A stretch of 62,657 nucleotides of DNA, filler included, from 12 parts of 12 records of this genome joined end to end with filler, not necessarily neighbours in it, one strand, 5' to 3'. Positions 1 to 10,930 are shown, counted from the whole stretch's first letter. Notes: generated by a model from the sequence alone, not told the origin. Program-made: numbers and translations.

Positions 1-1795
1 GCCGACCCATACTTTCCACTCTACCACCTGCGGCCGGCAGTCGGCCACGTGAACGACCCCAACGGCCCTTTCCGACACCCGGTCACCGGGATCTTTCATC
101 TCTTTATGCAGTACTGCCACGCCGAGGGGTGCGCGTACGGCCCGGGCGGCAAGGGCTGGGCGCACTTTGCATCGCCCGACCTGGTGCGATGGATCGACCT
201 CGGCTACGCGCTCGGCCCCGGCCCGCACGGAGTAGGATCCGGCTCGTGTCCGGACGACTCTGGGGTCTTCACCGGCAGCGCCACTGTCTTCAGCGAGCAT
301 TCATCATCCCGGATCGCGGGACCCGGTGTGGTGCTCGCGTTCCCCGGCGTGCACAACCTGACGCTGTTCAACGGCTCGGTGACTAGGACGCGGTGCGAGG
401 GTCAGCCCAGCTTGCCGGGGGGTGGCTGCATGTCCTTCTGCTCCGCGGTGCCCAAGAACCCTTCCGACCCTCTGCTCAGGGAATGGAGCTCGCGCGAGAT
501 TATTTCTCACCAGCCGCCCGGGATGAACTGGCGGTTCCTGGACGCGAGTGAGATGTGGCCGTCAACGGACAGCGCAACAAACCGGACTCGTTGGTGGATG
601 TTTACAGGCGGCTCTAGTGAATGGTGGTCCGGATCCAATAGAAGCGAGCCGTGCCACTCCAGCTCCCAGTGCCGCAGCGACGGCGTGTCGATGCTCTACT
701 CCAGCCCCGACCCGGTGAGCGGCGCCTGGCGGCTTGAGCACTCGCTGTTCTCTTCCAACTTTTCGAGCGCCTCGCCGTGCAAGTTTATCAGGTCTTCGCG
801 CCGTAGGGCCAGTGCTCACCGGGAGGGTCAGCTGCCCGGAGATGTTCTCGCTGCCTGGAATGGGCCCTCCGCCTGGCAGCTATGCCAGCGGGCGGCACGT
901 TTATGTGGCTGCGTGCGCCGGCAATTTCTACTGGTTTGGTGACTACAGCGACGAGACCAAGCGGCTCACAGTGGACGCCGACGGTGGAATGGGCTGCGGA
1001 GCGTTTGCGGATAAGGGGTGCAATGTGCTGGCCTGGGGGAACAATCATGCGTGTAAGAGCCACTGGGATGCTCGGACGCACCGGCGGCTGATGTGGTGCT
1101 GGATCAGGTCCGAGGGAGCAAGGGCGGCACTATCACTCACCTGGGACGGCATGCAGAGTGTTCCACGCGAGATCTCGGTGGACCCGCAACGTGCTAATCG
1201 ACTGCGCACACTGCCGGCGCGCGAGGTGGCGGCGCTCCGCACAAAGCGACTGATCGATGTAGAGAACCACGTGCTCGCCTCAGGAGGTCTAGGCTTGGCT
1301 TACCACGGAGTAGGGAACACTCTTGATATTGAGGCCAACTTCAGCCTTGCTGAGGGGGCATGCAGCTCAGGCTGTCAGTTTGGGGTCAAGGTGCTTGGAG
1401 GAGGGTCGACCACAACTGGGAACACTAGTACTTATACTAAGATCTTCTTCGAAATTGCCAAGAGCGGCGACAGAATCTTGCCTCTTAATACCACAGCCGC
1501 AGTGTGGATCGATCTGTCAAACGCGGGCAGCAACGTGTCCAAGGGCCGGACTTGCTCGCCCGCCTACACAGACAACCTGCTGGCCGGCCGGGTGTTCTCG
1601 ATGCGGATTCTGGTGGACCGGGCAGTGATCGAAGTGTACGCCCAGGAGACATCGGTGCTCACTGACCTCGTCTTCCTGCCGCCTGGCCAACCGGATTCGG
1701 ATTTGACGTTCTTCGCGGCTGACGCCGGCGTAGTGGAGCTGAGCGCAAATGTGTATAGCATGGGCTCTGCCTATGCACCCCAAAGACAGTGGTAA
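1..1795 (+). CDS. GH32-family (beta-fructofuranosidase-like) protein, 5'-truncated; one intron 792-831
   Basis: YHLRP..GHVNDPNGP nucleophile motif, WAHFASPDLVRW, VFTGSA, WDGMQSVPREI and RILVDRAVIEVY C-terminal sandwich. A 40-nt GT-AG intron joins ORF 49-942 to ORF 734-1795. Confidence 0.85.
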
Positions 1796-2036
1796 AACAG
1801 CGGATAGCCAATTTATTATTAAGGCGCTAGAGGCTTGCGAGTACTTAGTAAGGCCGTTACGGTAAAGGCTTGATCATGAGAAAGGTAATGCTTGTTACGC
1901 ACTTGCTACAAGTCCTATAGTCCTTGCTACGTATCACGAGCTATAATTCTTTATTTGGGAAGAGTAGCAATAATCACTACATGACATCAATTGTATTGCC
2001 TTCCAAGGGTCGTCCGATAAACGATTTCAATAGATT

Positions 2037-5024
2037 TCAACTCTCTTGATGGAAGCCCTCTACGATCACGATTGGTTGTCGCATCACGGCCCGTATGGAC
2101 CAAAAGCCACCGTTTCCAAAGATCGAGTGCACTTGACGACCGTTGTGAAAACTTTCGTTCAAGGCGTCTATATCATCTCCGCATTGTCCATCCGCTCCTA
2201 CCTCCCACTCGATGCTGTTGCCGTCGGGTACCTGCCCCTTGCCCCCAACGCAGCGAGGAAGGGCTTTTCCCCAGCCGTCCCAGCCCATTCGCTCAGGATG
2301 ATCGTGGTGCATTGCCTGGAGCTGCAACTTTGATGGCTTTTTGCTGATGTGAACACACTCGATACAGATATCGTGATAGGCTTTCTCTGCGAGCTTGAGC
2401 AGCCCACCGTAGGGGGGAACAAAGGCAGCCTTCTTATCAGTCTGGAGAAGTAGTAGCACACCCATCCGCCCCACGCCAAGATCTTCATCTGAGCACATGC
2501 TTTTGTCGAATAATTGAGCCACCTTGACTGCCTTGAGTGCTTTGCTGGTATGCCAATGTTTGCTCTTCGCTGTACCGTACTCCAGTCCTGCAATGCGACA
2601 CTGTGAGAACTTGGCTCCGTCTGCCTCAGGTGAAGAACGGAAGTTCCCGCTGTGCCCATTAACAGCGTCGTGGCATAAGTCGTAGATGATCAACTTGGGG
2701 GTCTTCCCTGTGCCTGGCGCGTGATTGAACTTGCCATAGCCCACAGAACGGGATGACTCATGCAGACCGAGAGCTGTCACAGCTGTCTTCATCAGATCGT
2801 GCAGAGTGCTGGCTCCAGAGACAATGATCTCGCGCCATACTTTATTGTCCATTTCCTGTCGCTCCTTTTGGTTGGGAAGGCTGCCAGGCATGTAGCCAGT
2901 GTAGCTGATTCGTAACTGGAACTGCCGATCTTTGGCATCCGGCACCTGAGGCAGCGTTGGCAGCATCGGCTCTTTCCCAAGGATCCCGGAAGCCTCGGCT
3001 TCTCTCTTTGCTTCTGCTCGCTTCAATGCTGCCCGCTCAGCTCGCTCTTGTTTCTGTGCAGCCTGCTCTGTGCTCAGGGGCTCCTTTTTCATTTTAGGGT
3101 GGGTAGCTTTGGCTGCCTTCCGAAACGGGGGGTCCCGCAAGCGTTTTAGCCCTTGGCACTCGCGGTTTGTCTTCTGCACGAGCCGTTCTATTTGCTCACG
3201 ATGCGACTTCAGTGTCAAGAAGGACCCCTTAATCGCACCGTCTTGAGCAAGCGCTGCTTTGAGCGTCTTGGCCAGAATCGTATCTATCTGTTCGGCCAGT
3301 TTGAGCGCCTGCCGCTCAGCAGCCTCCACCCTGAAGTATGACCTCCCATCCGGGCTCTCCGCCCACCAACTGTTGGCAATCAATTTGAGCATCAGACCAG
3401 TCACTTTGTCACAAGTTTGACAAATCTGAGTCGAGCCGAGCTGGACAGGCTGTTTGTCTTTATCCCACACCGACATGATATCATGAGTGAGCACTTGACG
3501 TATTCGGCACAAGTCCTCCTCCCAAACCCCGTACACATCATCCGCTTCGTCATAGCGGCGTATCCCGGCTTCGCCCTTCAGATGCTGCTCTAGATGGTCT
3601 ATGGTGGCTTGTCCATCGGGTCCGACTAGCCAAGCCGTTTCATGGACCTCCAGCAAGAACGCACTCCCTCGGAATTTCTTCCATCCCGCAGGGACATCTC
3701 CTTCTGCAACCGCGTGGGCCTGTTTCCTCTTTTCTGAGCTCCGAGGCACCGCAGATAGCGTGATCGAAGCGTTATGCGCACCACGAAACAGCTGTCGGGC
3801 AGTATGGCAGTACAAATCCACTAGCTCGTCGTGCGTGTCTCTGACTAGGTACTCGGGAGGGCTCAGCTCAGGCCCGCTGCCCACTGACTGCACTCTTTGG
3901 CAGAATTCCTCCAAGGCTCTCGAGAGCGGATCATCAGCCGCGACCTCCATTGTGTGCGAGTGACCGATCCCGTTTATCGTCACCTGCACAGAGCTAGGAC
4001 AAGCCCAAGAGAGAGCCGCGTTGCGCTGTTTCCAGTAGTCATAGCCACCGCAACACTCCGAATCGCACCACTCCTTCCACTCAGCAGCAGTACCGTTCGC
4101 AGGAGGCGCCGAACCGAGCTTGTCCATGGCAGGACGCTCGGTCGGGGCGGCCGGCAGCACCTTTTGCTTCGGTTCGATCCGCACCACATACTGGTGTTCG
4201 CTGAGCCATCGCTCTGGTGTCTTCGGGGACCACAAACGCTCAGCCAGCGTCTCCTCAGATCCTGTCGAGCCGGTTGTCAGCTCGAGCTGGAATAGATCCT
4301 TACGCCACGGGCAGTGCGCATCAGTTTCGGCCATCGAGGCTGCGAGGCTGCCAGGTTCGGGAGTCCAGTGGAGAGTCCAGTGGTACTGCACGCGTTCGAA
4401 TCCTTCAGCTTGGCAAAACTGATGAATAACTGACGCCACCGTCCGGGTGCTATCGTACAGCTGGGGCTCGCGATCTCCAAACGCGACCGCCAGCTCAGCA
4501 GGGGCTGCCCACGCCCAGGCGGCGTGTCTCTGCTCCAACCAATCATCGAAGCTGAATTCCGGCCAGTCAGTTCGCTGCATCTCTTTGAACTGGCGATCGC
4601 TGGATTCACTCCACTCGCGCCAGGCCGCTGCACCCCACCCCCGTTGCACAGGTGCGTGCAGCAACTCCATCGCCGGCTTTGCGATGGGTCGGGTCTCTAT
4701 CCTGCCGCCGTCCGGATCCCGCAGCACCCCATCGCTCCAGGAATAACCGCCAGTCAGACCTTCATACTCGTCACCCCCAAACCAGATCACGCAGTGCCCT
4801 CGCTCGCGGTGACGGTACAGCGTGGATTCGCGCCAGCTCGCGTCGGGCTCCTGCACCTCGAGCCGGGCTGTCTCCTCGTAATCCTCAGTCACAAAGGCCC
4901 GCTCAACCGCCTGGTCCAGTGCCGGCTCCAACTTAATGCCAGCGGCCGGCGGCTTGCTCTTCGCCGCCCGGGGTTTCTTGGGGTTAGTGCCCACAGTTCC
5001 GCCGCGTGATCTCCGCTTCGGCAT
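2037..5024 (-). CDS. Intronless ~995-aa protein with an internal duplicated module and a C-terminal pRiA4b-ORF3/MM3350-like domain
   Basis: Long ORF with ATG at 5024 (MPKRRSRGG, NLS-like). C-terminal motifs QLRISY..VWREIIVSGASTLHDL..ALG, LPRCVGGKG and DIDALNE. Confidence 0.6.
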   Translation of the reverse strand: MPKRRSRGGTVGTNPKKPRAAKSKPPAAGIKLEPALDQAVERAFVTEDYEETARLEVQEPDASWRESTLYRHRERGHCVIWFGGDEYEGLTGGYSWSDGVLRDPDGGRIETRPIAKPAMELLHAPVQRGWGAAAWREWSESSDRQFKEMQRTDWPEFSFDDWLEQRHAAWAWAAPAELAVAFGDREPQLYDSTRTVASVIHQFCQAEGFERVQYHWTLHWTPEPGSLAASMAETDAHCPWRKDLFQLELTTGSTGSEETLAERLWSPKTPERWLSEHQYVVRIEPKQKVLPAAPTERPAMDKLGSAPPANGTAAEWKEWCDSECCGGYDYWKQRNAALSWACPSSVQVTINGIGHSHTMEVAADDPLSRALEEFCQRVQSVGSGPELSPPEYLVRDTHDELVDLYCHTARQLFRGAHNASITLSAVPRSSEKRKQAHAVAEGDVPAGWKKFRGSAFLLEVHETAWLVGPDGQATIDHLEQHLKGEAGIRRYDEADDVYGVWEEDLCRIRQVLTHDIMSVWDKDKQPVQLGSTQICQTCDKVTGLMLKLIANSWWAESPDGRSYFRVEAAERQALKLAEQIDTILAKTLKAALAQDGAIKGSFLTLKSHREQIERLVQKTNRECQGLKRLRDPPFRKAAKATHPKMKKEPLSTEQAAQKQERAERAALKRAEAKREAEASGILGKEPMLPTLPQVPDAKDRQFQLRISYTGYMPGSLPNQKERQEMDNKVWREIIVSGASTLHDLMKTAVTALGLHESSRSVGYGKFNHAPGTGKTPKLIIYDLCHDAVNGHSGNFRSSPEADGAKFSQCRIAGLEYGTAKSKHWHTSKALKAVKVAQLFDKSMCSDEDLGVGRMGVLLLLQTDKKAAFVPPYGGLLKLAEKAYHDICIECVHISKKPSKLQLQAMHHDHPERMGWDGWGKALPRCVGGKGQVPDGNSIEWEVGADGQCGDDIDALNESFHNGRQVHSIFGNGGFWSIRAVMRQPIVIVEGFHQES

Positions 5025-5209
5025 TGAGCCGTTTAAATAGTAACGGAAGCGAAGGAGTTCGCCTGGTAGATCAGTCAGTACGCGCGTTGCAGCAAGCTCG
5101 GCTATACGTATATAAAGGAACTCGAACGCTGTACATGATTTTAATATCCATGCAATCGAACGAGTTCCTTTACAAACTCGTTCCATTCTCCATAAATTTC
5201 TACACGTAT

Positions 5210-7330
5210 TTACGTCAGCACGTTTCTCCTAAAGGTGTAGAATCCTCCGGCAACAGATAAGGCAACCAATCCGAGAGCAAATGCAAGTGCCATCTCCCAG
5301 CTAGAATAATAATCCAAATCCAATGCATCAATTTCATCGTTGCTCAGTTCAACCGCTAGGAACAGGTAGAAGGCAGCCGCTACATACAGAATGTAGGAGA
5401 GCCAGGATGCCCAGTCAGGGACTGGTCTCACGAGAACGTTGCAAGTAAGGGCAATGAAGAACATGAAGAAGGGAAACAGGAGGACTGCAGCGTCTTTCAG
5501 GGCGTTGACATAGAGCATTCCAAAGGGTACAGAGCCAAATTGAATCAAAACCGAGAGCCAGAAAACTAGAGTCATCTTGTAGAATGCGTGATCTTGAAGC
5601 TGACCTGACGAGCAAGAGTCAAACTCCTTGCAGTCCAGGGGACAAACCTGTCTTGTTGTAGCCTACAACATAGAAGAATACAGGCACCTGGATTATGCAC
5701 TGGACTAGAGATGCTGCCCAGTACACCAACAACTTGGCGAAATAAATCTACAGACCGACAGTGAGCCCGCACTCTGGCCTCACTCTTGCCTGTCCGGTGT
5801 TCAGCAAATTATTGAGACGCTCAATTCGAATCATATCAGACTCATCCTCATACTCGCGTATACAACGCATGATGATAGAGGCACACCTGAGAAGAAGGGC
5901 TGTTATGGCATAAAAGATCAAAGGTTGTCACCCAACCATGTTGAAAGCAAAAAGAGACATGACAATATTAAACAGTCCATTGGCATCCTTATCCTTGGTT
6001 TGGAAAAACAGAAACCCCAGAAATGTGCTCACTAGAATGTTGAAAACTAGAACCATTGGCCATTTCATCCGCCATTTCTTCACAAATTCTCGCCTGCAAC
6101 AAACAGCGTATGTCAGAAGCACTCTGGTTTTTGCTACCTTAGCATGAGCAGAAACCAGACAAATTGGGAGATCTTATTCTCATTGTATCGATCCATCCAC
6201 CTGTCATCGGGAGCTTCTCCCGCGCCGACCTCCTGTGCAGCCTTGCTCTGCTCTAGAGTGGCAGTCCTGTGAAATTCGTCGGAGGCAGTCCGTGTGCGGT
6301 GGATGGCTGCCTCGTTGTCCATCTCACAAGTGGTCAAGATCGTTTCAAGCGGGTTGGCGCCCTCTGGGATCTGGAACAACTGTTTTAGCATTGGATTACG
6401 CATCAGAGTGATGGATGTCAGCTTGCTGAAGTCGACTTCGCCCGCATCAGGCCCGAGCAACCCGTCGCCGCTGTACACTAGCTTCCCGCTTCGATCAAAA
6501 AGCACCAAATCATCCAGCATGCCCTGAATTGCAATGCTCGGCTGGTGAATCACAACCGCCACCGCGCAGTTGGCTGAGTGCGCAATCTCTCTCAGCAGCA
6601 CGCATAGCTTCACCGAGGAGGATGAGTCCAGCCCACTGGTCGGCTCGTCCATCAGTAACAACGCTGGTGACTTGATCAGCCCTAGAGCGATCGACACGCG
6701 CCGCCGCTGCCCGCCCGACATCGTTTGATTCCGGCCTGGCTTGCCAATCAGGTTGTCAGCGATGCGCCCGAGCCCGAGCCGCCCGAGCAGCTCATCCACC
6801 AACTCGCACCGCTCCTCTGGGCTGAGCTGCGGCTGCTGCAGGCTGGCCACGTACAAGCACATCTCCCGGGGCGAGAACACCGGATCGAGCACATCGTCCT
6901 GCGGCACATAGCTCACCGCTCTGCTGGCCGCCGACCCGCGGAACAGAATCGACACCCCGCCGCCTGTGTCCAGCCCCTGCTCGAACCCGGTCTCACACCC
7001 ATTGAAGAGCACCCGCGGCGGCATGTTCCCGTGCTCCGGCAGCGCGCTGAGTATCCCGCTGGACAGCCCCCGGTGCTTGCCGCCTATCAGTTTGAGGAAG
7101 GTGCTCTTGCCGCAGCCGCTTGGGCCGAGCACCCCGGTGAGCCGACCGGGCCGTATAGTAACCCGGCCCGGCACGCGCACGATCGGGCGGCCGCTCGCGG
7201 TGACCACACGGATGTTTTCGACGGAGACGCGGACCGACGGGCAGCCCGCCTCGGCCGTGGACCGACGGCCGAGCCCGCCATTGGGCTCCTGCGAGAGCTC
7301 GACCGCTGCCCCGTGGGACCCTTTCCCCAT
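5210..7330 (-). CDS. ABCG-type half transporter, multi-exon
   Basis: Walker A GPSGCGKST, signature MSGGQRRR, Walker B LLLMDEPTSGLDS, IHQPS, followed by hydrophobic TM exons at 5210-6122. Confidence 0.9.
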
Positions 7331-7534
7331 CGGCCGGGGAGCCCTCGACCTGCTCGGGCGATGGGCACGTCGGTGCAGCACCCTTGAAATTCGTAAGGGA
7401 TTTGCTAATAATATTTTCTCAAATCACACAAGCACGCGTCTCTCTCTGACTCTCATCAGCCAGTGATTCGAGCGCCACCCGGAGATGCCAGCGGTCGGAG
7501 ACACAAAGGAAGAGAATGGAGTAAGATTCAGGTT

Positions 7535-7634
7535 NNNNNNNNNNNNNNNNNNNNNNNNNNNNNNNNNNNNNNNNNNNNTTAATTAATTAANNNNNNNNNN
7601 NNNNNNNNNNNNNNNNNNNNNNNNNNNNNNNNNN
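7535..7634. other. Artificial contig linker N44-TTAATTAATTAA-N44
   Basis: Identical 100-nt linker with stops in all six frames. It recurs at 12106-12205, 15336-15435, 23003-23102, 27832-27931, 31225-31324, 41635-41734, 45112-45211, 49006-49105, 55301-55400 and 59504-59603. Confidence 0.98.
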
Positions 7635-7764
7635 TCATGCTAACATCATGCGTGCCATGGAGGCGTCCGCTGGGCGCCACCACGAGAGCACGTGGGTTTG
7701 GGAAAGAACCTTGTTCTCGGACGATGATGTGTGCTTCATCGCGATGAGCGCGTCATACAAATGA
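7635..7764 (+). CDS. 3' end of a truncated unknown gene
   Basis: Open frame HANIMRAMEASAGRHHESTWVWERTLFSDDDVCFIAMSASYK* from the contig edge, followed by AT-rich sequence. Confidence 0.4.
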
Positions 7765-7870
7765 TTATTCGATCGATTAAAGGATCAATTGGTTAAAGCT
7801 GGGATCGTGAGTGCATCTTTAAATGGTACAACGAGCCACGGATTTCAATTGAATCGCCGTCAGTATGTGC

Positions 7871-8665
7871 TCAATGCGGCTCAGCCGGTGGTCCCAAGTG
7901 CCGAATGGCCAGATGGACCGCCACGAACAGCCCCAGCCCGCCCAGCACCGCCGGCAGCCCCACTTGGCGTTGTCCGTTGGCTCGCATCCCGGCCCGCAGG
8001 CACCAGGGGAAGACCGCCCCGATCAGCCCGCCGGCCAGCACGTCGCCCAGGTGGTGGCAATGGAAATAAACCCGGCAGAACCCGGTCAGCCCAGCCACCG
8101 CCCACCCGGCCCGGCTGCCGCGCAGCTGCGCCAGCCCCGCCCACCCGAACGCGGCGGCCGTGTCCCCCGACGGCAGCGAGTGCGCTCGGCCTGGCCCTCC
8201 GCACACGTGCGCGCTCTGGGCCAGCGGAACCGGCCGGGGCTGCAGGAGCAGCTCTGGCCGGGCGCACGGCCGGAGCCTGAGCGCGCCCACCTTGAGCAGG
8301 GAGACCAGGCAGGTGAGCAGCAGGTAGACCAGCATGCCCTCCCGCACTGCCGCCCCGCACCGCCGGCCACGAGCCACCGCCAGCCCGGCCAGCGGCGGGA
8401 GGAGCAGCCCGAGCGGCGAGCCGATCAGCCGGTCTAGCCCAGGCACCCCGCCCATCCCGGCCCAGAGCCAGCCGGCCAGCCCGGCCAGCAGCAGCCCTGC
8501 GGCCCACGGCCGAGCCTCGGACGACTCGACCGCCGCCAGCGCCCAGGGCAGCGGCCCGAGCGCGAAGACGGGGGTGGCGAACCAGCAGGCCGGCACGGTG
8601 AGCCCGGCTTCCACCAGCCAGGGCAACGCCAGCCGGAACACAAGCTGCGAGCCCGCCGTGTCCAT
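7871..8665 (-). CDS. PAP2-superfamily membrane phosphatase
   Basis: K......RP, SLPSGD and CRVYFHCHHLGDVLAG motifs with several TM segments; ATG at 8665. Confidence 0.85.
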   Translation of the reverse strand: MDTAGSQLVFRLALPWLVEAGLTVPACWFATPVFALGPLPWALAAVESSEARPWAAGLLLAGLAGWLWAGMGGVPGLDRLIGSPLGLLLPPLAGLAVARGRRCGAAVREGMLVYLLLTCLVSLLKVGALRLRPCARPELLLQPRPVPLAQSAHVCGGPGRAHSLPSGDTAAAFGWAGLAQLRGSRAGWAVAGLTGFCRVYFHCHHLGDVLAGGLIGAVFPWCLRAGMRANGQRQVGLPAVLGGLGLFVAVHLAIRHLGPPAEPH

Positions 8666-8680
8666 CTTCTGCCGATCACG

Positions 8681-10229
8681 ATGTTGCAATGGTTGCAATT
8701 GGTGGTGCTTCTTCTTGCGGGGGGCCCGGTGCTGGCCGGGCCGGCGGTGCGGCTCTACCCGAGCTACAACCAGGCGCTGCACGTCTTGGTGCCGCGGGGC
8801 AACTCCACCGGCGGCACTGTCCGCTGGGCGGGGCCGGCGCCCGACCTCGGGCGCTGCCAAGCCAGCTGCCTGGCCTGGCCCGACCGCTGCTGGTCGTTCG
8901 TCCTGACCGGCGGCCAGTGCTACGTGGTGCTCTCGCCGGGCTTCAACCCTTCGTACGACCCGGCCGCCACCTCCGGGGTGGTGGCGTGGCCCTGTCGCGC
9001 GGACGATGACTGCAGTCTGAACGGGCACTGCCTGGCCGGCCGCTGCCAGTGCCGACCGGCCTGGTCCGGGGAGCGGTGCGAGCGGTTGGCGGTGCTGAGG
9101 CCGGACCGATCGGCTGGGTACCGGGCGGTGGACGGCGGGCGGCACACGAGCAGCTGGGGCGGGGCGGGGCTGCGGGGGGCGGACGGGCGGTTCCACCTGT
9201 GGGCGGCCGAGATGACCGAGCATTGCGGGATCGGGGCCTGGCAGCAGAACAGCCGGGTGATCCACGCCACCAGCCGCACACCGGCCGGGCCGTACACAAG
9301 AGAGGGCGTGGTCTGGCCTGTATTTAGCCATGAGCCTGAGGTCGTGCCCACTGGCTCCGGACAGATCGTCATGTACTTCACAGCCGACCTGCGCTCCCAG
9401 CACGGGCTCTGCAACTGCTGCCGGCCGGGGCACGGCCCGTGCGACGGCTCTACGGGCCCTGGCGACTGCCCTGAGCTCGGGCTTGGCGCTAGCGGCTCGT
9501 TCTTCTCCTGGACAACCGACCCTAACGGCAACTGGTCCGAGCCGGAGAGGCTGTTCGAAGGGTACGTGGGCGGGGACACCAACTTCGCCCCGCTGGTGCT
9601 GGCCAACGGCTCGGTGCTCGCCATGTGGCGGCACTGGGGCGGAGGGAACGGGGGATCAAGGATCTTCCTGGCCACAGCCGCCGACTGGCGGGTGGCGGAC
9701 TCTTACGTGCAGCACCACACCGAGCTGTTCCCGGACCTCGGAGCGGCCGGCACCGAGGACCAATTCCTGTGCCCCGGGGCCTGAATAGCGCTGATGGCAG
9801 GGCAGGTACATGGACGAGCAGGGCAACTACCACGCGGTCTTCCACCACAGTGCGAGCCGGCGGGGGCGGGCTGACCGGCGGGCAGTGTACGGGAGCGGCA
9901 CCCAGACTGAGTGGTGGCTGGACGCGACTGGCGGGCACGCGTTCTCCCGGGATGGTTGGACTTGGACCTACACAGGCGTGGCTTGGGGGAATGCGACCGG
10001 CCGGTACGACACGCCCGCCGGGCAGGGGGCAGAGGTAGAGTTCGCCGACGGGAGCGTCAGCCGGTTCACCCGGCTCGAGCGGCCGCATTTGATATTCGAA
10101 AGCAACGGGCTGCGGGGCGACCCGATCTATCTGATCAACAGCGCGCAGTACGGCAACGGGACCGACCCAGGCAGCGGGGCCAAGAACGACGACGCGTGCT
10201 ACACGCTGATCCGACCGATCAACCGCTGA
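8681..10229 (+). CDS. Secreted protein: signal peptide, Cys-rich PAN-like domain, EGF, GH43/32-clan-like beta-propeller; introns 9769-9805 and 9850-9885
   Basis: Hydrophobic N-terminus, EGF CSLNGHC..CQC..WSGERC, and SSWGG, HEP, EDQFLY, ERPHL propeller motifs. Two GT-AG introns with CTGAT/CTGAC branch sites. Confidence 0.75.
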
Positions 10230-10381
10230 GAGACAAGCAGCCGCATGATGCATGAGATTGCTTAGGATTGATTACGCACTTGAAAGATGTTGTGCTCATG
10301 CATCTTTCAAGTGATTGATTATTACACACTTTTATTATAAAAGGAATCGAGCATCTCGTGCGCAGCATCCCAGCGGGCTCG

Positions 10382-10421
10382 CTCGGCCGGCGCCCTCCTC
10401 AGTTGCAGGCGCCGGCGTCAT
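10382..10421 (-). promoter_or_regulatory. SECIS element of the rhodanese gene
   Basis: Minus strand reads ATGAc-gccggcgcct-gcAA-ct-gagg-ag-ggcgccggc-cGAg: kink-turn core, 9-10 bp helix II, unpaired AA, mini-stem. It starts 20 nt after the stop. Confidence 0.9.
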
Positions 10422-10441
10422 CTCGGGCCGGCCGTTGTTTG

Positions 10442-10801
10442 CTACTTGAGCACGGCCCACTGCTCTTCGGTGGTGGTGCCCCCGCCATTCAGAACAGCCC
10501 CGAACCCTCGCTGCTCCAGGAACGCCCCCGCGGCCACCGCCCGGCCCCCGGACCGTCAGTACAGGATCAGCGGGGTCTGCTTGTCCCCCGGCAGCCGGTC
10601 AGTCGGCATGCTGCTCCCGTCCCACTCCTGCACCACCGCCCCGGCCGCCAGCCCGGTCTGCTCGATCTCCTCGGCCCGGCGCAGGTCGACCACCACCGCT
10701 CCAGCCGCCTTGGCCGCCCGCAGCTCCGCCGCCGAGGCCAGAGCCGAGTACCCAGCCGCCGAGCTCCGCCAGCCCAGCCGAGCAACCCCTCGGGCCAGCA
10801 T
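10442..10801 (-). CDS. Single-domain rhodanese selenoprotein (119 aa; Sec TGA at 10556-10558)
   Basis: VVVDLRRAEE...PLILY*RSGGRA...FLEQRGF.AVLNGGG. The TGA is at the catalytic Cys position, the frame stays open to TAG at 10442-10444, a SECIS follows, and the N-terminus is Arg/Ala/Ser-rich like a transit peptide. Confidence 0.88.
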
Positions 10802-10930
10802 TTGAGCCTTCAAGGACTTGCCGTTAGAGCTCAGCTCATAAAGGTCTAGAACATGACGGGCAGCAGATAGAGCTAGCGTATATGATATACAAAAGGCATG
10901 TCAAACTACCAGTGTTACACGCCCTGTGCA

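Noticed and set aside
780-840. Frameshifts in many genes as pseudogenes or programmed frameshifting
   Set aside because: Each one I checked is resolved by a short GT/GC-AG intron.
7535-7634. Recurrent TTAATTAATTAA flanked by Ns as a biological repeat or CRISPR
   Set aside because: It is an identical synthetic linker with six-frame stops, an artefact of contig concatenation.
7871-9634. 587-aa minus-strand ORF and other long overlapping Pro/Arg/Ala-rich ORFs
   Set aside because: These are shadow frames of GC-rich coding DNA; only the 7871-8665 part has PAP2 motifs.
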